Source: an uncultured Gammaproteobacteria bacterium (GTDB taxonomy: Bacteria; Patescibacteriota; Patescibacteriia; Patescibacteriales; GWC2-42-12). Taken from it: 64,000 bases of DNA. Location: contig CAZHZE010000003.1 of the NCBI GenBank assembly GCA_964537265.1, positions 29,530-93,529 of the forward strand. The letters run 5' to 3'. The position numbers and the translations under genes are program-made. This document shows positions 51,692 to 60,114 of the stretch, piece after piece. How positions within the stretch are numbered: the first letter of the stretch is position 1; every line of letters begins with the position of its first letter. The notes under the pieces are model-generated. The model saw nothing but the letters and a program-made list of their open reading frames with translations. It did not search any database and was not told where the DNA came from.

Positions 51692-52672
51692 TTATACGTC
51701 CTTTTTACTTAATAATCCATTCTGCGCTCCGGGCACGCTTACGACTGCGGCCGCATTTCTCGAAGCTAAGAGTAAAGCTTTTTTAATATTTTGTTTATAT
51801 AATTCTAAACCGGCTATAAAAGCTGAACCGAAAGCGTCGCCTACCCCGGTCGTGTCAGCACGCCGCTTTTCTTTTACTATTGGTTGATGATAAATTTTTC
51901 CTTCCGATCTTACATAAGAACCTTGCCTGCCGGCAGTTATTAAAACAATTTTTGGGCCGTAAGAACTTAAAACCAAAAGCAAATTCTTTGCATTATTTAA
52001 AAATGCGCGGCTTTTATTTTTATATTTTTTATCCGACATAACTAATTCTATAGCTTCATCTTTATTAACAATTAAACAAGTTGTTTTCTTAAAATATTTT
52101 CCAATACCCTTTACTCCAGTTAAAATTTGCCTATGTCCAGGATTCCAGGCGATCTTTTCATTTTTTACGGAAAAAATCTTTTCTAAATTTTTCTCCCATT
52201 TTCCGGACAAAGAAGTTAAATATATCCATTCACTTTGGTCTAAAGTCTCTATTTCAAAGTCATTAATAGTCAATTCGTTATTGGCCCCGCGAGCGGAAAA
52301 AACAATATGCTCGTTAGCCGGCCCGACTAATAAAAAAGAAAAGCCCGTATCAATTTTTTTTATTTTCTGGACTAAAGTTATATCAACTCCCCTTTTCTGA
52401 AAATTATTTAAAATCCTTTGCCCGCGCGCGTCTTCGCCAATAGAACAAAGGCAAGCGGCCTTAAAGCCGAAATTAGATAAATTAACCGCCGCATTAGCCG
52501 CTCCGCCGCCAAAACCGGAAAAAAATTTATCAATCTTAACTTTCGCGCCATATTCAAAAGCCAATAATTTCTGTTTAGTTAAATCTTTTTTATTATTTAT
52601 TAAAACTCCTTCGCTCGTATAAAAAGTTATATCTTCGGTAGCTCCGCCAATTGTTATAATATCGTATTTCAT
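51692..52672 (-). CDS. PfkB-family carbohydrate kinase
   Basis: The motifs GGGAANAA and DTTGVGDAF (anion hole/catalytic Asp) indicate a ribokinase-like fold. The substrate is unknown. Confidence 0.8.
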   Translation of the reverse strand: MKYDIITIGGATEDITFYTSEGVLINNKKDLTKQKLLAFEYGAKVKIDKFFSGFGGGAANAAVNLSNFGFKAACLCSIGEDARGQRILNNFQKRGVDITLVQKIKKIDTGFSFLLVGPANEHIVFSARGANNELTINDFEIETLDQSEWIYLTSLSGKWEKNLEKIFSVKNEKIAWNPGHRQILTGVKGIGKYFKKTTCLIVNKDEAIELVMSDKKYKNKSRAFLNNAKNLLLVLSSYGPKIVLITAGRQGSYVRSEGKIYHQPIVKEKRRADTTGVGDAFGSAFIAGLELYKQNIKKALLLASRNAAAVVSVPGAQNGLLSKKDV

Positions 52673-52682
52673 AAAGATAAAA

Positions 52683-53549
52683 TTATTTTCTTGATAGTTC
52701 TTTAGTAAATTTTTTTATTTCCGGCCCGATATCGGAGCGGTCAAAAGCGTATTTTAATATAGTTTTCATATAATTCAACGGGTCGCCGGTAGTAAGCCAT
52801 TCGCCGTTTTTAACTTTTTTAGCATAAAACTTTCCGCCTTGTTTAATATAAGTTTTTATAGCATCAACCATCCACAACTCATTATCCTTGCCCAAAGATG
52901 TCTTTTTCAAAATATCCACAATTTTTTGATCTAAAATCATGCGGCCAAAATCAGCTAATCTAGAAGGCGCATCTTTAACGCTCGGCTTCTCTACTATATC
53001 CGTAATTTGCATGGTGTTAGATTTTAATTTTACTATGCCATAACGAGAAACTTGTTCAAGCGGAACTTCTTGCACGCCAATCATTAAATGCCCAGTTTTT
53101 TTATAATCATCAACCATCTGTTTGGCAAAAGGCACTTTTGCTTTTACTAAGTCATCGCCCCAAACAAACATAAACGGTTCATCTTTTACTAAATTGGCCG
53201 CGGATACAACCGGCGTGCCATTGCCGTATGGGCCTTTTTGACGAACATAAATAAAATTTGCCAACTCGGAAATTCTCTTAGTTTCTTCAAGCAATTTTTC
53301 CTTGCCAGCTTTCTTTAATTCATTAATTAAAGCCCAATTATGGTCAAAATGATCTTCTAAAGGTTTTTTATCCCATTTAGTAACTAAAATTATATCCTCG
53401 ATACCAGCGGACACTAATTCTTCGACTATTAGCTGAATAATCGGCTTATCTACGATCGGCAACATTTCTTTAGGCATTGATTTTGTCGCCGGTAATAATC
53501 TTGTGCCTGAACCGGCCACAGCGACAATAGCTTTTTTTATTTTTTTCAT
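52683..53549 (-). CDS. galU: UTP--glucose-1-phosphate uridylyltransferase
   Basis: The N-terminal AGSGTRLLPATKSMPKEMLPIVDKP segment is present. Length is 288 aa and the protein is collinear with GalU. Confidence 0.85.
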   Translation of the reverse strand: MKKIKKAIVAVAGSGTRLLPATKSMPKEMLPIVDKPIIQLIVEELVSAGIEDIILVTKWDKKPLEDHFDHNWALINELKKAGKEKLLEETKRISELANFIYVRQKGPYGNGTPVVSAANLVKDEPFMFVWGDDLVKAKVPFAKQMVDDYKKTGHLMIGVQEVPLEQVSRYGIVKLKSNTMQITDIVEKPSVKDAPSRLADFGRMILDQKIVDILKKTSLGKDNELWMVDAIKTYIKQGGKFYAKKVKNGEWLTTGDPLNYMKTILKYAFDRSDIGPEIKKFTKELSRK

Positions 53550-53581
53550 AAAATAGTTATAAAGTTAAAAGTTTTTAAGGG

Positions 53582-54370
53582 TTATTTTATCCCCCATTTT
53601 TTTAAATATTTAAACCAAGAAATTATATGATGCCAGGCGGCCAAACTTGTAAAAAATTTATACCAAACTTTGCGCGCGCTTTGGCGATTATGGTTATGAA
53701 TAATGGAAACTTCCGGATTATAAATTACTTTCCAGCCGTCGCGCCAAAATCTTTTGCATAAATCTGTGTCTTCAAAATATAAAAAGAATTTTTCGTCATA
53801 CATGCCGATTTGCCTTAAGGCCGAAGCGCGGCAGAATAAAAAAGAACCCAAGAGCCAATTTACTTCGCGCGCTCTATCTTTATTATAGTCTTTATATAAA
53901 AATCTGTCTAAATCTTTTTCGCCTAAACTAAACTTGCCTAAGGGCGTGCGTCTAAAAAATGGCGTGACTAAACTCGGCCAGCGAAAACAAGAATTTTGCA
54001 CACTATTATCCAGATTAAATTGCTTAGGGCCGACAACTCCGACTTCTAAATTTTTTTCCATGTAAAAAAATAGTCTAGCAAATACATCAACGCTAGCTAA
54101 AGTGTCCGGATTCATAATAACAATATATTTGCCCTGAGCAACTTTTATGCCCTGATTATTAGCCGCACCCAGACCAATATTTTTGCCATTCATGATAAAT
54201 TTTATTTCTCCAAAAGGCTTTAAATCTTCGCTTTTTAAATCACCTGAATAATTATCAACTACAATAATTTCATAATCTAAACCCGGCCAATCAGCCTGTC
54301 TAATTGACTCTATGCATTTTAAAGTTAAATTTTTAGCTTTGTAATTTACTATTACTATACTAATATCCAT
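53582..54370 (-). CDS. glycosyltransferase family 2
   Basis: The segments ISIVIVNYK, VVDNYS and FEDTDLC indicate a GT-A fold with the DxD region. Confidence 0.85.
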   Translation of the reverse strand: MDISIVIVNYKAKNLTLKCIESIRQADWPGLDYEIIVVDNYSGDLKSEDLKPFGEIKFIMNGKNIGLGAANNQGIKVAQGKYIVIMNPDTLASVDVFARLFFYMEKNLEVGVVGPKQFNLDNSVQNSCFRWPSLVTPFFRRTPLGKFSLGEKDLDRFLYKDYNKDRAREVNWLLGSFLFCRASALRQIGMYDEKFFLYFEDTDLCKRFWRDGWKVIYNPEVSIIHNHNRQSARKVWYKFFTSLAAWHHIISWFKYLKKWGIK

Positions 54371-54380
54371 AAAAAGTTAT

Positions 54381-54432
54381 AAAGTTAAAAGTTATAAAGT
54401 TGAAAGTATTTAACTTTATAACTTTTAACTTT
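54381..54432. repeat. family C AT-rich perfect hairpin (AAGTTAWA heptamer arrays)
   Basis: A perfect 21-bp stem joins aaagttaaaagttataaagtt (54381-54401) to aactttataacttttaacttt (54412-54432) with a 10-nt loop. The 19-mer agttataaagttaaaagtt (54374-54392) is repeated directly at 53555-53573. Confidence 0.7.
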
Positions 54433-54440
54433 TGACTAAA

Positions 54441-55553
54441 CTACCATCTTATAAAAATTTTTATTACTTTCCAATACACATTGAATATCACGTTAGCGAC
54501 TTTTAATTTCGCGTCCCCTATTTCCTGATACCAAATACGACCAGAAAATAATTTAATTATATCTTCATCTTTAATTTTTCTTAATTTTTGTGTCTGTTGG
54601 CGCGCCTTTATAATATAACGCCAATGTTTAGGCCTTAAAAAATATTTGTAAACATCCATTTTTTCTTTTCGCCAACCGCCGTAAGCGGCAAAAAATATTA
54701 AGCCAATTTCCATTATAATAAACGCCGGCGCAATTAGTAGAAGTGTAGCCCAATGGTAATTTTTTAATATGGCTATAATTCTGTTGCGATCCATAAAATA
54801 ATATTTTTTTATACTGCGGCTAAATTCATATTTATGATAAGCTACGGCCTCGGGCGCTAAAACGCACTTAAAACCGGCTAACAAAATTCTCCAGCCTAAA
54901 TCCTGATCTTCATTATACATCCACATTTTTTCATCAAACAAACCTACTTTTTTTAATACCTCGCCCCTAAATAAAACCGCCGCGCCGCTCGGATAGCAGA
55001 TTTCCCTCTGCTTGCGAAGGAGAGGGTCAGGGTGAGGTTGAACATATTCTTCTCCATATCCCTTAGCATACCCAAACCCTAAAAAGTGAGTTACATTACC
55101 AAGACTGTTGATTTTATTTTTATTTTCATAAAGCATTAGCCGGGCCTGAATCGCGCCAATTTGTTTTTCGCTTTCTGCCGCTTCCACCATTTTTCTTAAG
55201 CAATCCGGTTCTAAAACCGTATCCATATTAAAAAGCGCGATATAATAAAACCCTTCCTCTAACGCTTTCTTTATGGCATCATTATTTCCTTTAGCAAAAC
55301 CATCATTATCTTTATTTCTAATAATTTCGGCTTCTAGCGCTAAATTTTTTATAAAATCAAAACTCTCATCCGTACTTTCGTTGTCGGTTATAAAAATTTT
55401 TATCTCGCCGGCATAATCCTGCTTTTTTATGCTAGCAACACATTCAGCCAAATATTTTTTCGCGTAATCTTTATAATTTGGGCTGATTATAATAGCGACT
55501 TTTTTAGACATATTTATTTGCTGATTTAAACGAATTTTTGCTATAATTAACAA
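54441..55553 (-). CDS. glycosyltransferase family 2 with C-terminal membrane segments
   Basis: The segments VAIIISPNY, ITDNESTDES and NEDQDLGWR are present. An alternative start lies at 55511 (MSKKVAIII). Confidence 0.85.
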   Translation of the reverse strand: MLIIAKIRLNQQINMSKKVAIIISPNYKDYAKKYLAECVASIKKQDYAGEIKIFITDNESTDESFDFIKNLALEAEIIRNKDNDGFAKGNNDAIKKALEEGFYYIALFNMDTVLEPDCLRKMVEAAESEKQIGAIQARLMLYENKNKINSLGNVTHFLGFGYAKGYGEEYVQPHPDPLLRKQREICYPSGAAVLFRGEVLKKVGLFDEKMWMYNEDQDLGWRILLAGFKCVLAPEAVAYHKYEFSRSIKKYYFMDRNRIIAILKNYHWATLLLIAPAFIIMEIGLIFFAAYGGWRKEKMDVYKYFLRPKHWRYIIKARQQTQKLRKIKDEDIIKLFSGRIWYQEIGDAKLKVANVIFNVYWKVIKIFIRW

Positions 55554-55569
55554 AGATATTATTATTTAC

Positions 55570-55598
55570 ATTTTACCTAATTTTAAATAATAATTCAA
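55570..55598 (-). promoter_or_regulatory. sigma70-type promoter (TTGAAT-17 nt-TAAAAT) for the GT2-galU-pfkB-pduL gene run
   Basis: On the minus strand the -35 is at 55598-55593 and the -10 at 55575-55570. It sits immediately after the terminator at 55605..55636. Confidence 0.45.
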
Positions 55599-55604
55599 TA
55601 ATAT

Positions 55605-55636
55605 AAAAACCCCGCCTCTTATAAAAGACGGGGTTT
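55605..55636 (-). terminator. rho-independent terminator downstream of the 496-aa surface protein gene
   Basis: The stem joins aaaccccg (55607-55614) to cggggttt (55629-55636), with an inner tctt/aaga pairing. A U-run follows on the minus strand. Confidence 0.75.
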
Positions 55637-55653
55637 GATTATATAAAAATAAT

Positions 55654-57144
55654 TTATTTTAAATCCTGATACTGAGCTAAAACATCTTCAGAAACTTCTA
55701 TAATATTAGTCATGCTTAAATTTCCGTAGTTCCAGCTATCACCAGAAGTTATAAATTTCTTTTGTCCTTCGACAATATAATAAATTTTTTGCGTAGCTAA
55801 ACTTCGTAATAAAGATCCGTTAGGATAAGTTTTAACGCCTAAAACTTGTCCATAATCAGGATATTGGCATAAAACTTCTTCATTAACATCTATTCTTTTT
55901 ATCGTTCTATATTGCCAAAGTTCGGCTAAATTTCTAATTATTTTTTTCTGACCGTTGATAATATAATAAATCTTGTTAGTTAAAATACTTCTTAAAAGCG
56001 ATCCATCAGCATAAGTTTTAGAGCCTAAAACTTGTCCATAATCAGGATATTGGCATAAAACTTCTTCATTAACATCTATTCTTTTTATCGTTCTATATTG
56101 CCAAAGTTCGGCTAAATTTCTAATTATTTTTTTCTGACCGTTGATAATATAATAAATCTTGTTAGTTAAAATACTTCTTAAAAGCGATCCATCAGCATAA
56201 GTTTTAGAGCCTAAAACTTGTTCTTCAGTAGAAGTGGCAGTTTCCGGAGTGGTTGTCGCATCATCAGATAATTCAGGAGTTATCTCCGGCGTGCTTGTAG
56301 CGATTACGTCTTCGCAAGTTTTAGATTTTTCTGCCAATTGTTCGGCGGTTAGATCGCATAAATCAGGTGATTTACTTACAACATCGCGAGATTGAAATCC
56401 GTTAACGCACTCTCCCCAATCTCCATAAATAACTTCAGAACATGTATTAAAATTCGTGCTAAAATCTCCTGAGTTATTTACACTAGGCGCAGGAGCGACA
56501 TAATTAACCGTAACATTAAAATTTCCTTCTGATGTTCTTCCTTCGGCATCGGTTGCTGAACAATTAACTTGAGTTGTGCCGACAATAAAAGTTGACCCGG
56601 AAACCGGCTCGCAAGTTATGGCCGGATTTTTAGGATTAGCGTCAACCGCCACCGCAGAATAATTTACCGCTATGCCATCAGGATTATCAGTATCAACATT
56701 CATATTCTCGGGTAAAATAAGAACCGGGGCCTTATTATCTATCGTAATCGTAATATAAGTGAAAGAATTATTGCCAAACTCATCAAAAGCTTTGGCAAAA
56801 ATATAATAAGTTCCGTCATTTATAGAAGTAGTATCAAAACTTACTGAATAAGGTGAAGTTGCAACCTCGCCTATTTTTCCTAAAGGCAAAGGTATGACGG
56901 ATTGCCAAAATTCAACTCGCTTGATTGAAGAATCTGAATCGGTCGCGCTGGCGGTAAGAGTAATAGTGCCTTTGACAATATCGCCATCTATGGGCGAAAC
57001 AATAGAAATAGAAGGAGGGGTTAAATCGCCAAAAATAGATAACGCTGAAGCATTATTTGCCAGCACAAAAAAACCGCCCATAAGAATAGCGGCGCACATA
57101 AAAATCGCTTTTTTAAAAGTTATTTTTAATATTTTATTTTTCAT
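55654..57144 (-). CDS. secreted Ig-like-domain protein with three C-terminal ~62-aa modules
   Basis: A signal peptide is followed by two Ig-like/HYR-like domains (VKGTITLTASATDSDSSIKRVEF; NCSATDAEGRTSEGNFNVTV) and a Cys-containing linker. Then come three repeats of the YADGSLLRS...KIYYIINGQKKII type, two of them identical. Confidence 0.65.
   Translation of the reverse strand: MKNKILKITFKKAIFMCAAILMGGFFVLANNASALSIFGDLTPPSISIVSPIDGDIVKGTITLTASATDSDSSIKRVEFWQSVIPLPLGKIGEVATSPYSVSFDTTSINDGTYYIFAKAFDEFGNNSFTYITITIDNKAPVLILPENMNVDTDNPDGIAVNYSAVAVDANPKNPAITCEPVSGSTFIVGTTQVNCSATDAEGRTSEGNFNVTVNYVAPAPSVNNSGDFSTNFNTCSEVIYGDWGECVNGFQSRDVVSKSPDLCDLTAEQLAEKSKTCEDVIATSTPEITPELSDDATTTPETATSTEEQVLGSKTYADGSLLRSILTNKIYYIINGQKKIIRNLAELWQYRTIKRIDVNEEVLCQYPDYGQVLGSKTYADGSLLRSILTNKIYYIINGQKKIIRNLAELWQYRTIKRIDVNEEVLCQYPDYGQVLGVKTYPNGSLLRSLATQKIYYIVEGQKKFITSGDSWNYGNLSMTNIIEVSEDVLAQYQDLK
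55837..56221. repeat. perfect 186-bp tandem duplication (2.07 copies) inside the CDS
   Basis: By direct comparison 55837-56022 equals 56023-56208, and identity continues to 56221. The 186-nt period equals 62 codons, so the duplication is in frame. Confidence 0.9.
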
Positions 57145-57302
57145 ACATTTTTTATATTAAATAGAAATAATTATTATTTATTTTTAACATAACAAAATTG
57201 ATTTGTCAAGATATCTATTAATTATGGCTAAAATTAAAAGACCCACTTATAGTGTTGTATTCTTAGCACAATTCACTATATTTTACAATATTGACAAAAA
57301 AT

Positions 57303-57336
57303 AAAAAAATCAGTATTAAGAAAATACTGATTTTTT
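57303..57336 (-). terminator. rho-independent terminator downstream of the TSP3/CAP protein gene
   Basis: A 9-bp stem joins atcagtatt (57309-57317) to aatactgat (57323-57331) with a 5-nt loop. An A7 run and a T6 run flank it. Confidence 0.75.
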
Positions 57337-57343
57337 AAATATT

Positions 57344-58708
57344 TTAGAAGACTATTAGTAAAAGCAATAAACAAATTAATCCTAAGCCCGAAGCTATTAA
57401 ATGCGGATGCTGTTTTCTTATTTCTATAAAAATATTAAGCAATAAAGAAATTACGGCTAAGGCTAAAATTATTTTAAAATAAATTGAGCTGATGTTAAAA
57501 ATTAATTCCAAACTTTTAGTCGGATGATTTTTTAGGAAAAAATATTGTTCCAAAGGAGTGACTTGGCGCGGCTGAATATTTTCCTGGCCGATATCGGTGA
57601 CGACAATTTTACCCGAAAAATCGGTTACTGCTAAAACGGCCGGCGAAAGAGGTTTAGAATTTTTATCAACCGTATTCACGACCGTTTGCCCGCTCCATTT
57701 ATTAGGTTCATCTTCATCTTTTTGTAAAGTTATTTTTGTCTCCCCTACCGTGGCTTCAGCATTTTTAGTTTCCGGAGCTAAATAAGCTTCAACCTTTACG
57801 GCTTGTTTTTTTTCAATCGGAGTGGCAACCGCAACGACTTTAGTTTTCGTTTGATCTATAACCGGACTTACCGTTGTTTTTTCGGCTAAAACGCTTTGCT
57901 TATCCGCATTGGCCGGTTCGGCTGGTTTAACCGCCGGTTTTACAATCGCGACCGGAGAAATTTCTTCCTGAAGCGGAGCGGCGAAATATTGCGCCACTAA
58001 ATTAGTGTCTACGCCTTTAAATTGGCCGTCAATCATGCCTACGCCTATTAAAGTATAATCTTTATCAATAATATTGGCATAATGAGTCGGACTTTTTGTC
58101 CAAGCTTCAACAACTTCTTCCGGCCCGGCAAAACCCATGGCTAAATTTTCTCCGGCTACGGCGTATTTAAAATTAGCCTGGCTCAACCAATAATTTAATC
58201 CTTTGCTTTCCGGACTGACATGAGCAAAATATTCTTTTAAAAGCATATCTTCGGCTTTAGCAAAAGCCGCCTGATCTAATCTCTGATTCTCGGTTAAGAT
58301 AGTAAGATTTAAATTTTTTCTTATATCATTAGTTAGGTCAATAATTTTTCTACATTGCTCTAAGGCAATGTCCGGTGTCAACCAGGCGCTCAAAGGAAAC
58401 ATTACAGCCAAAACAACCACTACGGCTTTAACTGCGATAGCCGAAGCGGCATGAAATAAAACTCTTTTATGGCGAAGAGAATGCGGGTTATAATTATTGC
58501 CTTTATGGGGTATAAATAAATCTTTAAGCGTTCCTGGGCCTAAAGGATTTCTATTTAAAAACACTTCTTCCCCATCGCTCATACCATCTCCATCAGTATC
58601 CGGATCATTAGGATCTGTACCGTAAACATGAGTTTCTTCCCAATCGCTTAAGCCGTCATGATCGCGATCAGGCGAATATTTTTCTGATTTTTTATTAATT
58701 TTTTTCAT
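57344..58708 (-). CDS. TSP3-repeat plus CAP/SCP-domain membrane protein
   Basis: The N-terminus carries DRDHDGLSDWEETHVYGTDPNDPDTDGDGMSDGEEV, followed by a TM helix. The CAP domain has AAFAKAEDML, AGENLAMGF and WTKSPTHYANI. A beta-rich region and a C-terminal TM pair follow. Confidence 0.7.
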   Translation of the reverse strand: MKKINKKSEKYSPDRDHDGLSDWEETHVYGTDPNDPDTDGDGMSDGEEVFLNRNPLGPGTLKDLFIPHKGNNYNPHSLRHKRVLFHAASAIAVKAVVVVLAVMFPLSAWLTPDIALEQCRKIIDLTNDIRKNLNLTILTENQRLDQAAFAKAEDMLLKEYFAHVSPESKGLNYWLSQANFKYAVAGENLAMGFAGPEEVVEAWTKSPTHYANIIDKDYTLIGVGMIDGQFKGVDTNLVAQYFAAPLQEEISPVAIVKPAVKPAEPANADKQSVLAEKTTVSPVIDQTKTKVVAVATPIEKKQAVKVEAYLAPETKNAEATVGETKITLQKDEDEPNKWSGQTVVNTVDKNSKPLSPAVLAVTDFSGKIVVTDIGQENIQPRQVTPLEQYFFLKNHPTKSLELIFNISSIYFKIILALAVISLLLNIFIEIRKQHPHLIASGLGLICLLLLLIVF

Positions 58709-58775
58709 TTAATTAAATAAAAATTACATTAAAATAATATAACATAAGTTAATAAAAAAAGCAAGTTTTTAAAAA

Positions 58776-58804
58776 ATTATAGCTAATATTAAAATAATTG
58801 TCAT
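58776..58804 (-). promoter_or_regulatory. sigma70-type promoter (ATGACA-17 nt-TATAAT)
   Basis: On the minus strand the -35 is at 58804-58799 and the -10 at 58781-58776. The -35 overlaps the left arm of the palindromic fragment. Confidence 0.45.
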
Positions 58805-58884
58805 TGTGAGGAGCGTTAACGACGAAACAATCCTATAAACAGCAAATTAAATAAAATATCCGCTATGGTCGCTCGCAATGGCAG
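58800..58884. repeat. degenerate palindromic element (CATTGYGAG...CTCGCAATG termini)
   Basis: The left end is gtcattgtgaggagcg (58800-58815) and the right end is gtcgctcgcaatggcag (58868-58884); they are imperfect inverted repeats. The 16-mer tcgctcgcaatggcag recurs at 62747-62762. Confidence 0.5.
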
Positions 58885-58886
58885 AT

Positions 58887-58916
58887 AAAAAAGCCGGGTG
58901 TTAAAAAACACCCGGG
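58887..58916 (-). terminator. rho-independent terminator closing the rml/GT2 operon
   Basis: The minus strand reads cccgggtg-uuuuuuaa-cacccgg followed by UUUUUU. The stem is 7 bp and GC-rich. Confidence 0.8.
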
Positions 58917-59214
58917 ATAAAAGTTTATAAGTAAGTTGCCCCATTTATCGCCGCAAAAAATCTTTTTTTAAAGCTTCGGTGTTTGAAAAATTCTCTATTA
59001 GCAGCGACCATTCTTATTTTTAAAAAAATTATGGCGCAAATAAACTCTTTCAACTTTTTTCTGTAACCCAACATTTTTTCATGAGAAAAATTAAGCATAA
59101 TCAAAGCCCCCCCCTTTTTTTCTCTATATGTTGTTTGTGAGTACTTTATTTCCAAAAAAAAATGGAAATCCCTATGCTATATAAATTATAGCATATAATT
59201 AATAAAAGATAAAT

Positions 59215-60072
59215 TTAAGTTCTGGCTCGCCCTTTTATGTTAATCTTTTGCATTATTTTAACCATAGCAAAACCGACCGGCCAGGCTAATTTTAAAATAT
59301 AATACTCGTAAGCCGGGCGCCACTTTTTAAAATATTTTAACATTGAATCGCGAAAATATTTCTGCTTAATTAAAACATCAACCTGCACAAAACTTAAGCC
59401 GACTAAATCAATACATTCGGCCGTCGGCATATACCATACTTCCCCGCCGGCCTGCTTTACGCGCTGGCAATAATCTACTTCTTCAAACCAAAGAAAAAAT
59501 CTTTCATCCAATAAACCAATTTTTTCTATAGCTTGTTTTTTTATCATAAAAAAAGCGCCCCTAATAGAATCTACGACGGCAGCTTTTTTATAATCAAAAT
59601 CTTCTCTTAGATAATTTCTTAAAACACCCGGAAAAATATGAGGAATTTTTAAAGCTATGGCTAATTGGTTTGATAAAGTTGGAAACTGGCGCACTTGCTT
59701 AACGACCCGCGCGCTCTCGTCAATAAGACGGCAACTCGCCACCCAGGCTTTTTCATGAGAGTTCATCCAGGAAAACATCCTTGATAAAGTATCATCAAAA
59801 ACACGCATGTCCGGATTTAAAAGTAAAACATACTTACCGCTGGCTTGTTTTATGGCCTGATTATTGGCTTTAGAGAAACCCAAATTTTCTTGATTAGCAA
59901 TTAATTTAACTTGCGGATAATATTTTTTTATCATCTCTACCGAACCGTCGGCCGAATTATTGTCAACCACAAAAACTTCAAATTCAACGCCTTTACTTTC
60001 AAATAAAGCTCTTAAGTTATCTTTTAATTTTTCCCTGACGTTCCAGGAAACGATAACGATTGATAAATCCAT
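59215..60072 (-). CDS. glycosyltransferase family 2
   Basis: The segments LSIVIVSWN, VVDNNSADGS and FEEVDYC are present. Confidence 0.85.
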   Translation of the reverse strand: MDLSIVIVSWNVREKLKDNLRALFESKGVEFEVFVVDNNSADGSVEMIKKYYPQVKLIANQENLGFSKANNQAIKQASGKYVLLLNPDMRVFDDTLSRMFSWMNSHEKAWVASCRLIDESARVVKQVRQFPTLSNQLAIALKIPHIFPGVLRNYLREDFDYKKAAVVDSIRGAFFMIKKQAIEKIGLLDERFFLWFEEVDYCQRVKQAGGEVWYMPTAECIDLVGLSFVQVDVLIKQKYFRDSMLKYFKKWRPAYEYYILKLAWPVGFAMVKIMQKINIKGRART

Positions 60073-60114
60073 ATTATTAAAATCATTCCTTAAATTATTA
60101 AACTTTTTATTTAT

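Noticed and set aside
57224-57304. A possible 26-aa plus-strand ORF (MAKIKRPTYSVVFLAQFTIFYNIDKK) in the 57145-57343 spacer.
   Set aside because: It has no convincing promoter or RBS and no recognisable motif. The spacer is already accounted for by the terminator at 57303..57336 and the upstream region of the 496-aa gene.
58925-59155. A 76-aa ORF from the track, considered as a real protein-coding gene.
   Set aside because: It has no recognisable motif and its composition is Lys/Phe-rich and low in complexity. It contains the A7-G8 homopolymer, has no start context and sits in a 3' operon-end region. I report it only as the context of the homopolymer finding.
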